This document shows positions 1 through 11,239 of a DNA stretch of 64,000 nucleotides, piece after piece. Source of the stretch: Clostridia bacterium (GTDB lineage Bacteria > Bacillota > Clostridia > UBA1212 > DUPL01). The stretch covers positions 128,001 to 192,000 of the forward strand of contig JBMNIW010000003.1 in assembly GCA_050951325.1 (NCBI GenBank), read 5' to 3'. Under the pieces are notes generated by a model. The model made no database searches. It was not told the DNA's origin and saw only the letters and a program-made list of their open reading frames with translations. The translations under genes were made by a program, and so were the position numbers. Each line of letters starts with the position of its first letter. Position 1 is the stretch's first letter.

Positions 1-435
1 GGTCATGATTGCCTCCATGGCATCATGTCCGCCTATGTATGACAACTCATCAAAAGCCTTGTCGATTCCCTTCCTTATCAACTCCACATTCAATGGCACA
101 CCAATGACACCCGTGGATCCAATAAGAACGGTTTCCTTGTCAACATTCAGTTTTTGTGCCAGATATTCGGTAATTAACTGGGCATCGTCGTACCCTCTCT
201 GTCCAACACAGGCATTGGCACATCCGCTGTTTACTACCACTGCATTAACATATGGACTAGTTTCCATTCTCTCCATTGTAAGCTGAAGAGAGTGTCCCTT
301 GACAATATTTGTAGTATACACTCCGGCACATACACAAGGACTATCTGAAATAACAACGGCAAGATCCTTCCTGCCGTTTTTCTTCAGCCCACATGCAACA
401 CCGGAGGCTTTAAATCCCCTGGCAAACGTTACCAT
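1..435 (-). CDS. argJ: Ornithine acetyltransferase ArgJ, N-terminal part (runs off the window start)
   Basis: Not in the ORF track; manual translation from ATG at 435 (RBS AAGGAGG): MVTFARGFKASGVACGLKKNGRKDLA...NSGCANAC...STGVIG...AIMT, all ArgJ motifs. Confidence 0.92.
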   Translation of the reverse strand, partial: MVTFARGFKASGVACGLKKNGRKDLAVVISDSPCVCAGVYTTNIVKGHSLQLTMERMETSPYVNAVVVNSGCANACVGQRGYDDAQLITEYLAQKLNVDKETVLIGSTGVIGVPLNVELIRKGIDKAFDELSYIGGHDAMEAIMT

Positions 436-445
436 TTACTCCTCC

Positions 446-2791
446 TTAATTACAAGTTAATACTACTTTGTCATCCACCACATCAGCATTTACGACACAA
501 CCCGGTTTCAGAACACCTCTGAGATACATCTCTGACAGTTCATCCTCAATGGTTTTCTGAATCAGTCTTCTCAAAGGTCTTGCACCGTACTTGTCATCGT
601 AGCCATGTTTTACAAGATAGTCTATTACATCGTCTCCTATAACAAGCTTTATGTTTCTGCTTTCACAATTACCTATAACTTCAGCAAGCATCAGCCATGC
701 AATCCTATACAGTGAATCCTTGTCAAGTTTGTTGAACACAACAACATCGTCGACACGGTTCAAAAACTCCGGTCTGAATATCTTCTTCAGGGCATCGTGA
801 GCCTTGTCTTCTATTGCTTCCTGCTCATTAGCCACAAATCCCATTTGAGCACTCTTCAAGGAAGTGCCTGCATTGGAAGTCATTATGATTACAGTGTTTT
901 CAAAATTCACAGTTCTGCCCTGGCTGTCGGTAAGCCTTCCGTCATCCAGTATCTGAAGCAGCATGTTGAAAACATCCTCGTGGGCCTTCTCAATCTCATC
1001 AAGAAGTATTACAGAGTAAGGTCTTCTCCTGATCTTCTCCGTAAACTGACCGGCTTCATCATATCCGATATATCCTGGAGGAGAACCTATGAGTTTTGAA
1101 ACTGTATGCTTTTCCATATACTCGGACATGTCAAGCCTTACCAAGGCATCCAGGTTTCCAAACAGAAGCAGGGTAAGCTGCTTTGCAAGTTCCGTCTTTC
1201 CAACGCCTGTTGGTCCTACAAATATGAAGGAGGAGGGCTTGAATCGCTTCCTGAATCCGGAACGGTTTCTTCTAATGGCTTTTGCACAGGCTTCTACCGC
1301 CTTATCCTGTCCGATGACTTTTTGCTTGAGCCTTTTCTCCAGATTCAAAAGTTTCTCCGCTTCCTCTTCGGATATGGTCTGAACAGGTATTCCGGTCCAG
1401 TTCTCTATAACTCTTGCTATGTCATCGAACTCAAGGTTGATATATGCTTTCTTGTAAAGCTCTTCCAACCGCTGATTTATGACAGACTCCCTTGCCTTGA
1501 GCTCTGCCACCTGCTTGTACTTAAGCTCTTCCTCTTCTCTTGTTTTGGTATCGATTTCTGACAGTTCAAGCTGCTCTTTTTTGTTTTCTTGTAATTCAGC
1601 TTCCAGTCTGCCAATCTCCAGCAAGACATCATTGCGCAGATTCGCCCTTGACGCAGCCTCGTCAATAACGTCAATAGCCTTGTCAGGCAAAAACCTGTCA
1701 GTGATATATCTCTCAGCCATATAAACCGCATCTTCAATCAGACTGTCGGATATTTTAACCTTGTGGTAGTATTCGTAATACTTGCGTATTCCCTTCAAGA
1801 TCTCAATGGTTTCTTCAGCCGTTGATTCCTCAACGAAAACAGGCTGGAACCTTCTCTCAAGAGCACCGTCCTTTTCTATACGTTTTCTGTACTCATCAAG
1901 AGTTGTGGTACCTATGACCTGTATCTCTCCCCTTGAGAGGGCGGGTTTTAATATATTCGCTGCATTGAGAGAGCCTTCTGCCTCGCCTACACCCATAATG
2001 TTATGAATCTCATCTATTACAAGTATTATGTCCTGGTCACTCTTTACCTCATCAAGAACACCTTTCATGCGGGCTTCGAACTGGCCTCTGAACTGAGTGC
2101 CTGCAATCATGGCGGTCAGATCAAGCTGATACAGTTTTACCTTGCTGAGCTTGACAGGCACATCGCCATTGACTATCCTCAATGCCAGACCCTCTGCTAT
2201 GGCGGTTTTTCCCACACCAGGCTCGCCCAGCAGAACCGGGTTGTTTTTTGTCCTTCTATTAAGTATCTGAATTACCCTTTCAATCTCCTTCTCTCTGCCA
2301 ACAACTGCATCGATATCGCCTCTTTTGGCCTTCTCATTCAAATTTGTGGCATAGGTGGTCAAGTATTTAAGGTTTTTCTCATCTGTCTTCTTTGCTTTTT
2401 TGGTTTCTTTGCCAGTCTTCTTGTCTTTATCACTTTCACTTGGTTCGTATGGCTGAATCTCCCTGTTGGCACTAAAAAAATTAACCCTGTTCTTGAATAA
2501 ATTAAAAACGTCGGGAACTCCGCCTTTGTTATCTATACCTTCCAAAAGAGGACCATCTTCACCCTCTCCCTGCATGGAAGTCATCATTTCAGTCATTTCA
2601 TCAGTCAATGTCTCTATTTCATCATCGGCTATCCCCATCTTTGAGAAAAAATGGTCTACCTGAGGTATATGCAGTTCCTTTGCACATACCAGACACAGTC
2701 CCTCATTGATCTGGTTGCCGTTAATGTCAACTTTGGATATGAAAACTGTTGCTATTCGCTTCTTGCAGTTTACGCACATGCTGTTTTTCAT
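446..2791 (-). CDS. clpE: ATP-dependent Clp protease ATP-binding subunit, ClpE/ClpC type with N-terminal Zn finger
   Basis: Two AAA+ Walker A motifs ([16 protein letters not shown]), central coiled coil, MGF ClpP-docking loop, N-terminal CVNC...CLVC instead of Clp N repeats. Confidence 0.85.
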   Translation of the reverse strand: MKNSMCVNCKKRIATVFISKVDINGNQINEGLCLVCAKELHIPQVDHFFSKMGIADDEIETLTDEMTEMMTSMQGEGEDGPLLEGIDNKGGVPDVFNLFKNRVNFFSANREIQPYEPSESDKDKKTGKETKKAKKTDEKNLKYLTTYATNLNEKAKRGDIDAVVGREKEIERVIQILNRRTKNNPVLLGEPGVGKTAIAEGLALRIVNGDVPVKLSKVKLYQLDLTAMIAGTQFRGQFEARMKGVLDEVKSDQDIILVIDEIHNIMGVGEAEGSLNAANILKPALSRGEIQVIGTTTLDEYRKRIEKDGALERRFQPVFVEESTAEETIEILKGIRKYYEYYHKVKISDSLIEDAVYMAERYITDRFLPDKAIDVIDEAASRANLRNDVLLEIGRLEAELQENKKEQLELSEIDTKTREEEELKYKQVAELKARESVINQRLEELYKKAYINLEFDDIARVIENWTGIPVQTISEEEAEKLLNLEKRLKQKVIGQDKAVEACAKAIRRNRSGFRKRFKPSSFIFVGPTGVGKTELAKQLTLLLFGNLDALVRLDMSEYMEKHTVSKLIGSPPGYIGYDEAGQFTEKIRRRPYSVILLDEIEKAHEDVFNMLLQILDDGRLTDSQGRTVNFENTVIIMTSNAGTSLKSAQMGFVANEQEAIEDKAHDALKKIFRPEFLNRVDDVVVFNKLDKDSLYRIAWLMLAEVIGNCESRNIKLVIGDDVIDYLVKHGYDDKYGARPLRRLIQKTIEDELSEMYLRGVLKPGCVVNADVVDDKVVLTCN

Positions 2792-5600
2792 TTTTTAACA
2801 CCTTCTTTAAAAATTGTCCAGTATACGATTGGGCACATTCCGCAACCTGCTCAGGAGTTCCAGTACATACAATACGTCCTCCCTTTTCTCCACCTTCAGG
2901 TCCCAGATCTATGATATGGTCGGCGCACTTTATTACATCCAGATTGTGTTCTATGACCAAAACGGTGTTTCCGCCATCAGTCAACCTCTGTAGTATTTCT
3001 ATTAATCTTCTTACATCATCCGAATGAAGACCTGTTGTAGGTTCATCCAGAATATATAGTGTTTTACCTGTACTGGTTTTTGAAAGCTCCGTTGCCAGTT
3101 TGACTCTCTGAGCTTCTCCACCGGACAATGTAGTGGATGGCTGGCCTAACCTTATGTATCCCAGACCAACCTCGTTAAGGGTTGCAAGTTTCTTTGCTAT
3201 ACGTGGAATATCCGTAAAAAACTCGCAAGCTTCCTCCACTGTCATATCCAGTATGTCTGCAATATTCTTGTTCTTGTATTTAACTTCAAGCGTCTCCCTG
3301 TTATATCTCTTGCCCTTGCACACCTCGCAAGGAACATAAACATCAGGCAGAAAATGCATTTCAATCTTTAATATTCCATCACCAGAGCAGGCATCACACC
3401 GTCCGCCTTTTACATTAAAACTAAACCTTCCAGCTTTGTAACCTCTTGCCCGACTGTCGGGAGTCTGGGCAAACAACTGCCTAATCAAGTCGAATGTACC
3501 GGTATATGTTGCAGGATTCGATCTCGGTGTTCTCCCTATTGGAGACTGATCGATGTTTATTACCTTATCCAGATATTCTATACCCTCTATATCTTTATAT
3601 GCACCACCTCTTGTTTTTGCACCGTTTAATTTTGATGCAAGAACCTTGTAAATTATCTCATTTACAAGAGAACTCTTTCCTGAGCCTGACACTCCTGTTA
3701 CACAGGTAAAGGTTCCTAGAGGGATGCTTACATCGATATTCTTAAGATTATTCTCGCTGGCACCTATCACTTTCAATATTTTGCCATTGCTTTTTCTTCT
3801 AATCTCAGGAATATCAATCTTCATTTTACCTGAAAGGTATAGGCCTGTCAAAGAATTTTCGTTAGCCATGATCTCCTCAGGCGTACCTTCAGCGACCACA
3901 TAACCACCGGTAGAACCCGCACCAGGACCAATATCTATTATATGATCGGCGCTTCTCATTGTATCCTCGTCGTGTTCCACCACAATAAGGGTGTTGCCCA
4001 AATCCCTCAAATGCATCAATGTCTTTATAAGTTTGTCATTGTCCCTTTGGTGAAGACCAATACTTGGCTCGTCAAGGATGTACAATACACCTGTCAGGCC
4101 AGAACCTATTTGGGTTGCCAGCCTGATTCTCTGAGCCTCGCCACCAGACAGAGTGCCGCTGGAACGTGCAAGGGTCAGGTAATCAAGTCCTACGCTAATA
4201 AGAAACCCGATTCTTGCCTTTATCTCCTTAAGTATCGGAGCGGCAATCATACTCTCCGATTCCGATAGCTCAATCCTGTCAAGCAAGTCACTGACATCAC
4301 CTATGGGCAGATTTGTAAGCTTCGTTATATTCATGTCACCGACTGTAAAGGCAAGGCTTTCTTTTCTTAGCCTTTCCCCTTTGCATTCAGGACAGGTTAT
4401 GTTGCTCATAAAACCCTCGTAATACTGTTTCATTGTTTCACTGGTGGTTTCCTTGTACCTGCGCTCGACAATATTCACAATGCCATCAAACCGTGCAGTA
4501 TATGAACCACCATCATATTTAAATAGAATTTTCTCATTCCCGCTACCATATAGAATAACATTCTGTATCTTTTTTGGCAACTCGTTGAAAGGAGTATCAA
4601 GACTGAATCCGTAATGCTTTGCAATTGACTGCATTATCTGATAAGTATAACTGTATCCGTTTTCCACATTCCAACCTGAAATGACAATGGCTCCGTCAGC
4701 CAGACTGATTGTCTTGTCGGGAATGAGCATGTCCGGATCTATTCTCAGCAGGTATCCAAGACCAGTACATTCAGGACATGCGCCAAAGGGATTGTTGAAG
4801 GAGAACATTCTGGGCGACATCTCGGGAAGAGATATACCGCAGTCAATGCATGCAAAGTTCTGGCTGAACATGATTTGCTCCTGTCCGACAATATCTATCA
4901 ATGCAAGACCCGATGCCAGATTAAGAACCGTCTCAAGAGAATCGGCAAGTCTTCTTTCTATTCCTTCCCTTACCACAAGCCTGTCCACAATAACTTCAAT
5001 ATTGTGCTTCTTGTTCTTGTCAAGTTCTATGTCCTCTGTAAGGTCATACCTAATGCCATCCGCATTTACCCTTGCATAGCCGCTCTTGGCTAGGCTTTCA
5101 AAGAGCTTCTTGAACTCACCCTTCTTGCCCCTTACCACCGGCGCCAGAAGCTGGATTCTTGTTCCTTCTGGCAACTTCATAATACTATCCACCATCTGAT
5201 CCACGGTCTGCGATGATATGGGTTTTCCACAGTCCGGACAGTGGGGCTTTCCTATTCTGGCATACAAAAGCCTTAAATAGTCATATATCTCGGTAACTGT
5301 ACCCACAGTGGATCGGGGGTTTCTGCTGGTAGTCTTCTGGTCAATTGAAATAGCAGGAGACAAACCCTCAATACTGTCCACATCGGGTTTCTCCATTTGT
5401 CCCAGAAACATCCTTGCATAAGAAGACAACGACTCTATATATCTTCTCTGTCCTTCAGCATATATCGTATCAAAGGCAAGGGATGACTTGCCGGAACCGG
5501 AAAGTCCGGTCAAAACAACGAATTTGTTTCTGGGTATTGTTACATCTATGTTTTTAAGGTTGTTTTCTCTTGCACCTTTAATAACTATCTTTTCTATCAT
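2727..5600 (-). CDS. uvrA: Excinuclease ABC subunit A
   Basis: GARENNLKN, two ABC domains ([16 protein letters not shown]), LSGGEAQR signatures, Zn fingers; 957 aa. Confidence 0.98.
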   Translation of the reverse strand: MIEKIVIKGARENNLKNIDVTIPRNKFVVLTGLSGSGKSSLAFDTIYAEGQRRYIESLSSYARMFLGQMEKPDVDSIEGLSPAISIDQKTTSRNPRSTVGTVTEIYDYLRLLYARIGKPHCPDCGKPISSQTVDQMVDSIMKLPEGTRIQLLAPVVRGKKGEFKKLFESLAKSGYARVNADGIRYDLTEDIELDKNKKHNIEVIVDRLVVREGIERRLADSLETVLNLASGLALIDIVGQEQIMFSQNFACIDCGISLPEMSPRMFSFNNPFGACPECTGLGYLLRIDPDMLIPDKTISLADGAIVISGWNVENGYSYTYQIMQSIAKHYGFSLDTPFNELPKKIQNVILYGSGNEKILFKYDGGSYTARFDGIVNIVERRYKETTSETMKQYYEGFMSNITCPECKGERLRKESLAFTVGDMNITKLTNLPIGDVSDLLDRIELSESESMIAAPILKEIKARIGFLISVGLDYLTLARSSGTLSGGEAQRIRLATQIGSGLTGVLYILDEPSIGLHQRDNDKLIKTLMHLRDLGNTLIVVEHDEDTMRSADHIIDIGPGAGSTGGYVVAEGTPEEIMANENSLTGLYLSGKMKIDIPEIRRKSNGKILKVIGASENNLKNIDVSIPLGTFTCVTGVSGSGKSSLVNEIIYKVLASKLNGAKTRGGAYKDIEGIEYLDKVINIDQSPIGRTPRSNPATYTGTFDLIRQLFAQTPDSRARGYKAGRFSFNVKGGRCDACSGDGILKIEMHFLPDVYVPCEVCKGKRYNRETLEVKYKNKNIADILDMTVEEACEFFTDIPRIAKKLATLNEVGLGYIRLGQPSTTLSGGEAQRVKLATELSKTSTGKTLYILDEPTTGLHSDDVRRLIEILQRLTDGGNTVLVIEHNLDVIKCADHIIDLGPEGGEKGGRIVCTGTPEQVAECAQSYTGQFLKKVLKNEKQHVRKLQEANSNSFHIQS

Positions 5601-5614
5601 ATATGTTCATCTTC

Positions 5615-7606
5615 CTAACTCATTACTGCTTTAATCTTCTTAATCATGTCTCTTAGTTTTGCCGCTTCCTCATACCTTAGTTCCGCAGCAGCTTCAATCA
5701 TCTTGTTTGTCAGTGTTTCAACAAGTTCATCCACCGGCAGGGCCTGTTCATCCTCGTCAAGAACAGATCCGAGAGTCAGAGCCTTTTCTTCCTCCTCATC
5801 CATCTTCTTTGTAGACTCAATTATGTCCCTGATGCTCTTTCTGACTGTTACTGGAACAATCCCATGCTCTTCATTGTATTCCATCTGAATTCTTCTTCTT
5901 CTGTTTGTCTCGTCTATAGCGTATTTCATTGCTTCGGTTATTGAGTCCGCATACATAAGGACTCTGCCATTCACATTTCTCGCAGCCCTTCCAATCGTCT
6001 GGATTAAGGAAGTCTCGCTCCTAAGGAATCCTGTCTTATCCGCATCCAATATGGCTACCAAAGACACCTCGGGCAGGTCAAGACCTTCCCTCAGGAGGTT
6101 AATTCCAACAAGAACGTCAAACTCGCCCTTTCTTAGGTCCCGTATAATTTCCATTCTCTCTATAGTATGAACATCGGAATGCAAGTACTTGACCTTGATA
6201 TCCATTACCGCAAGATACTCGGTTAGGCTTTCTGCAAGCCTTTTTGTAAGTGTCGTCACAAGCACCCTTTCGTTTCTTCCAACAGTTGTCCTTATCTCAT
6301 TTATCAAATCATCAATCTGTCCATCCACAGGACGTACGATAATCTCAGGATCCACAAGACCCGTAGGCCTGATTATCTGCTCTACAACCTGTACTGATCT
6401 CTCCCTTTCATAATCACCAGGCGTTGCACTTACGTATATTATCTGGTTGATTCTGTCCTCGAACTCTTCAAAGGTAAGAGGTCTGTTATCATATGCGGAT
6501 GGAAGTCTGAATCCAAATTCCACAAGTGAGGTTTTTCTTGCCCTGTCACCATTGTACATTGCCCTTATCTGGGGTAATGTGGCGTGGGACTCGTCAATTA
6601 CCATGAGAAAATCGTCCGGGAAGTAGTCTATGAGGGTATGGGGAGGGCTTCCCGGCTCTCTTCCGGAAAGATGTCTCGAGTAGTTCTCTATGCCCTGACA
6701 GTACCCAATCTCCTTCATCATCTCAATATCGTAATTGGTCCTCTGCTCGATCCTGTAGGCTTCAACCAGTTTTTCCTGGTTATTAAAGTACTGTATTCTC
6801 TCTTTTAATTCCTCCCGTATTGATTCTATTGCCATCAGTCTTTTCTGATGGGTTGTGGCATAGTGAGATGCAGGGAAGATTGCCACATGATTCCTAACAC
6901 CATATATCTCACCAGTCAAAGCATCTATTTCAGAAATCCTGTCAATTTCATCACCAAAGAACTCAATCCTTATGAGCCTGTTATTAAGGTCCGACGGGAT
7001 AATTTCAATAATATCTCCCCGGACCCTGAAAGTGTTTCTCTTGAAATCAAAATCATTTCTCTCATACTGTATGTCAACAAGCTTTTCTATTATCTCATCC
7101 CTGTCACGAATCATGCCAGGCCTTAAAGAAAGCATTAGGTTTACATAATCGTCAGGGTCTCCCAGACCGTATATGCAGGAGACACTGGCTACAATAATGA
7201 CGTCCCTTCTTTCAAAAAGAGCCGACGTGGCAGAGTGCCTGAGCCTGTCTATCTCCTCGTTTATCTGGGCGTCTTTTTCAATATATGTGTCGCTGGATGG
7301 AAGATAGGCTTCAGGACGGTAATAATCATAATAGCTCACAAAGTATTCCACACAATTGTCAGGGAAGAATTCCCTGAATTCAGAACACAATTGTGCGGCC
7401 AAGGTCTTGTTGTGAGCTATGACTAAAGTAGGCTTTTGAACTGCTTCAATGACTTTTGCAATTGTAAAGGTTTTGCCGGAACCGGTTACTCCCAGCAATG
7501 TCTGGTGTACATTGCCGTTTATGATGCCATTTGCAAGAGCATCAATAGCCTTTGGTTGATCTCCTGCAGGATTGTATTCCGACACCATCTTGAATTTGTC
7601 CATCAA
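5615..7606 (-). CDS. uvrB: Excinuclease ABC subunit B
   Basis: [22 protein letters not shown] motifs, C-terminal UVR domain. Confidence 0.98.
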   Translation of the reverse strand: MMDKFKMVSEYNPAGDQPKAIDALANGIINGNVHQTLLGVTGSGKTFTIAKVIEAVQKPTLVIAHNKTLAAQLCSEFREFFPDNCVEYFVSYYDYYRPEAYLPSSDTYIEKDAQINEEIDRLRHSATSALFERRDVIIVASVSCIYGLGDPDDYVNLMLSLRPGMIRDRDEIIEKLVDIQYERNDFDFKRNTFRVRGDIIEIIPSDLNNRLIRIEFFGDEIDRISEIDALTGEIYGVRNHVAIFPASHYATTHQKRLMAIESIREELKERIQYFNNQEKLVEAYRIEQRTNYDIEMMKEIGYCQGIENYSRHLSGREPGSPPHTLIDYFPDDFLMVIDESHATLPQIRAMYNGDRARKTSLVEFGFRLPSAYDNRPLTFEEFEDRINQIIYVSATPGDYERERSVQVVEQIIRPTGLVDPEIIVRPVDGQIDDLINEIRTTVGRNERVLVTTLTKRLAESLTEYLAVMDIKVKYLHSDVHTIERMEIIRDLRKGEFDVLVGINLLREGLDLPEVSLVAILDADKTGFLRSETSLIQTIGRAARNVNGRVLMYADSITEAMKYAIDETNRRRRIQMEYNEEHGIVPVTVRKSIRDIIESTKKMDEEEEKALTLGSVLDEDEQALPVDELVETLTNKMIEAAAELRYEEAAKLRDMIKKIKAVMS

Positions 7607-8607
7607 GGTCTCACCAAACCTATCTTTCTGTATACTTCGTCAAGAGTTTTGCTTGCTATTTCCTCCGCTCTTTCAGCGCCGTTTCTTAGAATCTTGTCCA
7701 AATAATCCTTGTCACTTATTATTTCATTATACTTTATGCGTATGGGTGTAAGTTTCGCAACCACTGCATCCCCCACCGCCATTTTGAACTCACCATATCT
7801 GGAATTTTCAAATTCCTTCTCAACTTCATGAATGGCCTTTCCCGTTACAGTAGCGTATATGCTGATAAGGTTGCTGATACCAGGCTTGTTCGCCTCATCA
7901 TAAATTATCTCAGCACCCGAGTCTGTAACGGCTTTCTTGAATTTCTTCATTATGCTGTTAGGTTCCTCTATAATGCTGATAAAGTTGTTTTTGTTTTCAT
8001 CCGATTTGGACATTTTCTTTTCAGGATCCTGCAGACTCATTATCCTTGCACCCTGTTTGGGGATATATGGTTCGGGTACTACAAATGTCTCACCATATAT
8101 ATTGTTAAACCTCTGAGCCACATCCCTTGTAAGCTCAAGATGCTGTTTCTGGTCGTCTCCTACAGGCACCAAATCAGCATTGTACAAAAGGATATCGGAT
8201 GCCATCAAAACGGGATAAGTAAACAACCCGCTATTTATATTCTCCGAGTGTTTTGACGATTTTTCCTTGAACTGTGTCATTCTGCCAAGTTCACCCATGT
8301 ATGTGTAACATCCAAGAACCCATGCCAGCTCACTGTGGGCAGGAACATGCGACTGAATGAACAGAATATTCTTTTCAGGATCCAATCCACAGGCAATGTA
8401 CAATGCAAGCACCGAGTATGATCTTTGCCTCAGTTCCTCAGGGTTCTGCCTGACTGTCAGTGAATGCAAGTCAACCACACAGTATATGCAATCATATTCA
8501 TCCTGCAATATGGCAAAATTCTTAAGTGCGCCCAGATAGTTTCCCAATGTCAAATGTCCTGAAGGTTGTACACCACTGAATATTCTTTTTTTTGCCTTAT
8601 CTCCCAT
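7603..8607 (-). CDS. trpS: Tryptophan--tRNA ligase
   Basis: SGVQPSG, TLGN (HIGH-like), [15 protein letters not shown]. Start set at ATG 8607 (track gives 8616). Confidence 0.96.
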   Translation of the reverse strand: MGDKAKKRIFSGVQPSGHLTLGNYLGALKNFAILQDEYDCIYCVVDLHSLTVRQNPEELRQRSYSVLALYIACGLDPEKNILFIQSHVPAHSELAWVLGCYTYMGELGRMTQFKEKSSKHSENINSGLFTYPVLMASDILLYNADLVPVGDDQKQHLELTRDVAQRFNNIYGETFVVPEPYIPKQGARIMSLQDPEKKMSKSDENKNNFISIIEEPNSIMKKFKKAVTDSGAEIIYDEANKPGISNLISIYATVTGKAIHEVEKEFENSRYGEFKMAVGDAVVAKLTPIRIKYNEIISDKDYLDKILRNGAERAEEIASKTLDEVYRKIGLVRP

Positions 8608-8645
8608 ACATAACACTTCCTGTTTTATTATTAGTTAACTTATAA

Positions 8646-8674
8646 AGTTTAGCATTTTATATGATTTTTTTCAA
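8646..8674 (-). promoter_or_regulatory. Putative sigma-A promoter P2 for trpS, downstream of the LexA box
   Basis: Minus strand TTGAAA (8674-8669), 17 bp spacer, TAAACT (8651-8646) preceded by TGn (extended -10). Confidence 0.5.
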
Positions 8675-8684
8675 CCATGGTTTT

Positions 8685-8700
8685 TCGAATATATGTTCGA
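8685..8700. promoter_or_regulatory. LexA operator (SOS/Cheo box)
   Basis: TCGAATATATGTTCGA; minus strand CGAACATATATTCG, one mismatch to the Firmicute consensus CGAAC-N4-GTTCG; lies upstream of the uvrBA-containing run. Confidence 0.75.
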
Positions 8701-8709
8701 TAATGTTAC

Positions 8710-8737
8710 ATTTTACACTATTTTTCTTTCTTGTCAA
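8710..8737 (-). promoter_or_regulatory. Putative sigma-A promoter P1, upstream of the LexA box
   Basis: Minus strand TTGACA (8737-8732), 16 bp spacer, TAAAAT (8715-8710). Confidence 0.55.
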
Positions 8738-8805
8738 CAAGTATACAACAAATATATAACTAAAAGCTCGATAAAAGATAAACAATCCATTACCGAGCCG
8801 TTTTA

Positions 8806-9144
8806 TTATTCAGAATATGATTTCTTTCCATAGACAACTTTCCTTATTGTTCCGCTTGCAACAACCTTGTTGTCTCCTTCAAGATATATTTTTTTAGCCA
8901 GAATGTCATTAATACTAATATCTTTTGTATAAAACGACATCCTCGCCCTGCCCTCGCTGGTAACAAGGTCGGGCAAAATATAAGAATCGCCGTTTTTTAT
9001 GTTGAAACTGTACTTCTTAAGAGCAAGCCCCTTAATGTCAACGTCCAGTCTTGTATAGCCATCATTCAGAACATAAAATCGTACCATTCCTATTATTCCT
9101 GGTGCTTCGTCATTTCCAAAAATATATGCTACAGCCATTTTCAC
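8806..9144 (-). CDS. Small hypothetical protein, possibly a degenerate Cu/Zn SOD-like fold
   Basis: RBS GGGGGTGG. N-terminus AVAYI.G....PGIIG.V.F...T.L.V.IKGL, LPDL and C-terminal VASGTI resemble SodC strands, but the protein has no His. Confidence 0.55.
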   Translation of the reverse strand: MKMAVAYIFGNDEAPGIIGMVRFYVLNDGYTRLDVDIKGLALKKYSFNIKNGDSYILPDLVTSEGRARMSFYTKDISINDILAKKIYLEGDNKVVASGTIRKVVYGKKSYSE

Positions 9145-9218
9145 GTTTTTCCACCCCCAATTACTCTCTACTATATAAGTTATGAATAATCGGGGAATAC
9201 TGTTTGAATATTTTCCAA

Positions 9219-10157
9219 TTATCTTTCTTCCCTGAAGTAGTTGACTCCACAGGAAGCAGGTTGCTGATTCTCCTTCTTTATTTTGACAGATGTGATTACC
9301 AGAATTATAACAGTAACCAGATATGGCAGCATCTCAAGCAGATACGGCGATATTGGACTGTCTTGGAATCTCAGGGCAATAAGTGAGGTTATGCCAAATA
9401 GCAAAGAACCGTAAATCGCCTTGAGCGGATTCCAACTCGCAAATATCACCAATGCCACCGCAATCCATCCTTTTCCGGCAATCATGTTGTTGCCCCAGGT
9501 AGTAAGGTACACAACGCCAATATATGCGCCGGCAAGTCCACAGAATGCACCACCTATGCATATGTGTACATATTTGTACAATGAAACATTTATACCCGCC
9601 GCATCCGCTGCTGCAGGATTTTCGCCCACCGCTCTCAAATTTAGGCCTGTTCTGGTCTTGTTGATGTAAAAATACGCAATAACAACCAATACAATCGACA
9701 GATAAATAATCATGTCATAGCCGAAAAGGGCTCTTCCGAGAAACGGAATGTCTTTCAGAACGGGAATCTTCCAGCTTACCTTTTGTGTTACCGCATCCGG
9801 TATCCTTACGCTTTCACCCTTGCCGCCACTCAGGGTATTGCCCAAAAATCTGGCAACTCCCTGTCCGAATATTGTCAGGGACAAGCCCGCAACCACCTGA
9901 TTTGTTCTTAGTGAAACAGTAGCAAAAGCATATATCAATGCTCCAAAAGCACCAAACAAACAAGCCGCAATCAGAGTCATTATCACACTATTGGTGGCTA
10001 CTGCTGTATAGAAGCCCGCAAAAGCTCCCATGTACATCATGCCTTCAATACCAAGATTTGTGTTTCCAGCCTTTTCATTGAATATGGCGCCGGTTATACC
10101 AAGAAGTACAGGTATCGACACTCTTACCGCAATGTAGATATATGATGCAATAATCAT
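9219..10157 (-). CDS. ABC transporter permease (nucleoside/BMP-type)
   Basis: EKAGNTNLGIEG, LRAVGENPAAADAAGI, GWIAVALV motifs. Confidence 0.9.
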   Translation of the reverse strand: MIIASYIYIAVRVSIPVLLGITGAIFNEKAGNTNLGIEGMMYMGAFAGFYTAVATNSVIMTLIAACLFGAFGALIYAFATVSLRTNQVVAGLSLTIFGQGVARFLGNTLSGGKGESVRIPDAVTQKVSWKIPVLKDIPFLGRALFGYDMIIYLSIVLVVIAYFYINKTRTGLNLRAVGENPAAADAAGINVSLYKYVHICIGGAFCGLAGAYIGVVYLTTWGNNMIAGKGWIAVALVIFASWNPLKAIYGSLLFGITSLIALRFQDSPISPYLLEMLPYLVTVIILVITSVKIKKENQQPASCGVNYFREER

Positions 10158-11239
10158 TACTTAGCCACCTCCCTGTTGGTACGAACTATCTTGTAGTTAA
10201 CAAAGAACTCAGCTCCAAGCACGCAAAACAGTATGATACCCTGTATCATCTCGGAGGCGGCTGGAGATATGTTCTGATACTCTAGAAAACCTGCTCCTTT
10301 TGACATTACACTGAACAAAAATGACGCTACAATCATGACTACCGGGTTTAGTTTGCTGAGCCATGCAATAATTATTGCTGTAAAACCAAGTCCTCCTGCA
10401 ACATTCACAGACAGTTTTTTGAGGTTTCCTGAAACCTGCACAAAACCTGCAATACCACATATTCCAGCACTCAGCATCATCGTTCTCAAAGTTATCCACC
10501 TTACATTCATTCCCGCATATCTGGCAGTGTTGACACTCTCTCCAACCACACTTATTTCATATCCGCTCTTTGTATGGTTCATGTAAATGTATACAACAGC
10601 CACCATCACAAGGGATAAAATCCAACCAATGTGGAGATCGCTCCAAGGTTTGGATGACGACAGTGATGGAAGAAGCGCATTTTTCTTAAAATTGTCAAAC
10701 TCCGGCCGCATGGCGTTCGCTCCCTTCCATGGACCATACTGCAAAAACAACAGAAAACTAAGCGCAATATAGTTGAGCATGAGGGTAAACAAAGTTTCGT
10801 TTGTATTGTATCTTGCCTTGAAATATGCGGGTATCAGACCGTACATGCCTCCTGTTACAAACGATGCTACAAGCATTACAGGAAGCAGAATGTATATTGG
10901 CCAATCGCTATGGAACAAGCCAAAATATGAAGCTCCTATTCCTCCCAGGATAATCTGTCCCTCGGCACCTATGTTCCAGAACTTCATCTTGAACGCAAGC
11001 CCTATTCCCAGGGAAATTATAAGCAGTACCACAGCCAGCTTTATTGTCTGCACTAAAAAATATCCGTTTTTTACAGGCTCATACAGTAGTGCCATAAGAA
11101 CCTTGCCAGGATTTTTCTTCAATAACAGCATGAGTATGCTGGTCACGGCAAAAGCCGTCAATACTGCAAGCAATCTTACAATTACCTGTTGGTACGTCTT
11201 CATGTACGGACGTTTTACAATATGAAAGGGAAGTGTCAT
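10157..11239 (-). CDS. ABC transporter permease (nucleoside/BMP-type)
   Basis: WNIGAEGQ, TLMLNYIA, GES..TARYAGM motifs; multi-pass membrane protein. Confidence 0.9.
   Translation of the reverse strand: MTLPFHIVKRPYMKTYQQVIVRLLAVLTAFAVTSILMLLLKKNPGKVLMALLYEPVKNGYFLVQTIKLAVVLLIISLGIGLAFKMKFWNIGAEGQIILGGIGASYFGLFHSDWPIYILLPVMLVASFVTGGMYGLIPAYFKARYNTNETLFTLMLNYIALSFLLFLQYGPWKGANAMRPEFDNFKKNALLPSLSSSKPWSDLHIGWILSLVMVAVVYIYMNHTKSGYEISVVGESVNTARYAGMNVRWITLRTMMLSAGICGIAGFVQVSGNLKKLSVNVAGGLGFTAIIIAWLSKLNPVVMIVASFLFSVMSKGAGFLEYQNISPAASEMIQGIILFCVLGAEFFVNYKIVRTNREVAK

Noticed and set aside
5595-5612. GAACATAT half-site upstream of uvrA as a second LexA box
   Set aside because: The second half-site is missing and the sequence overlaps the start codon.
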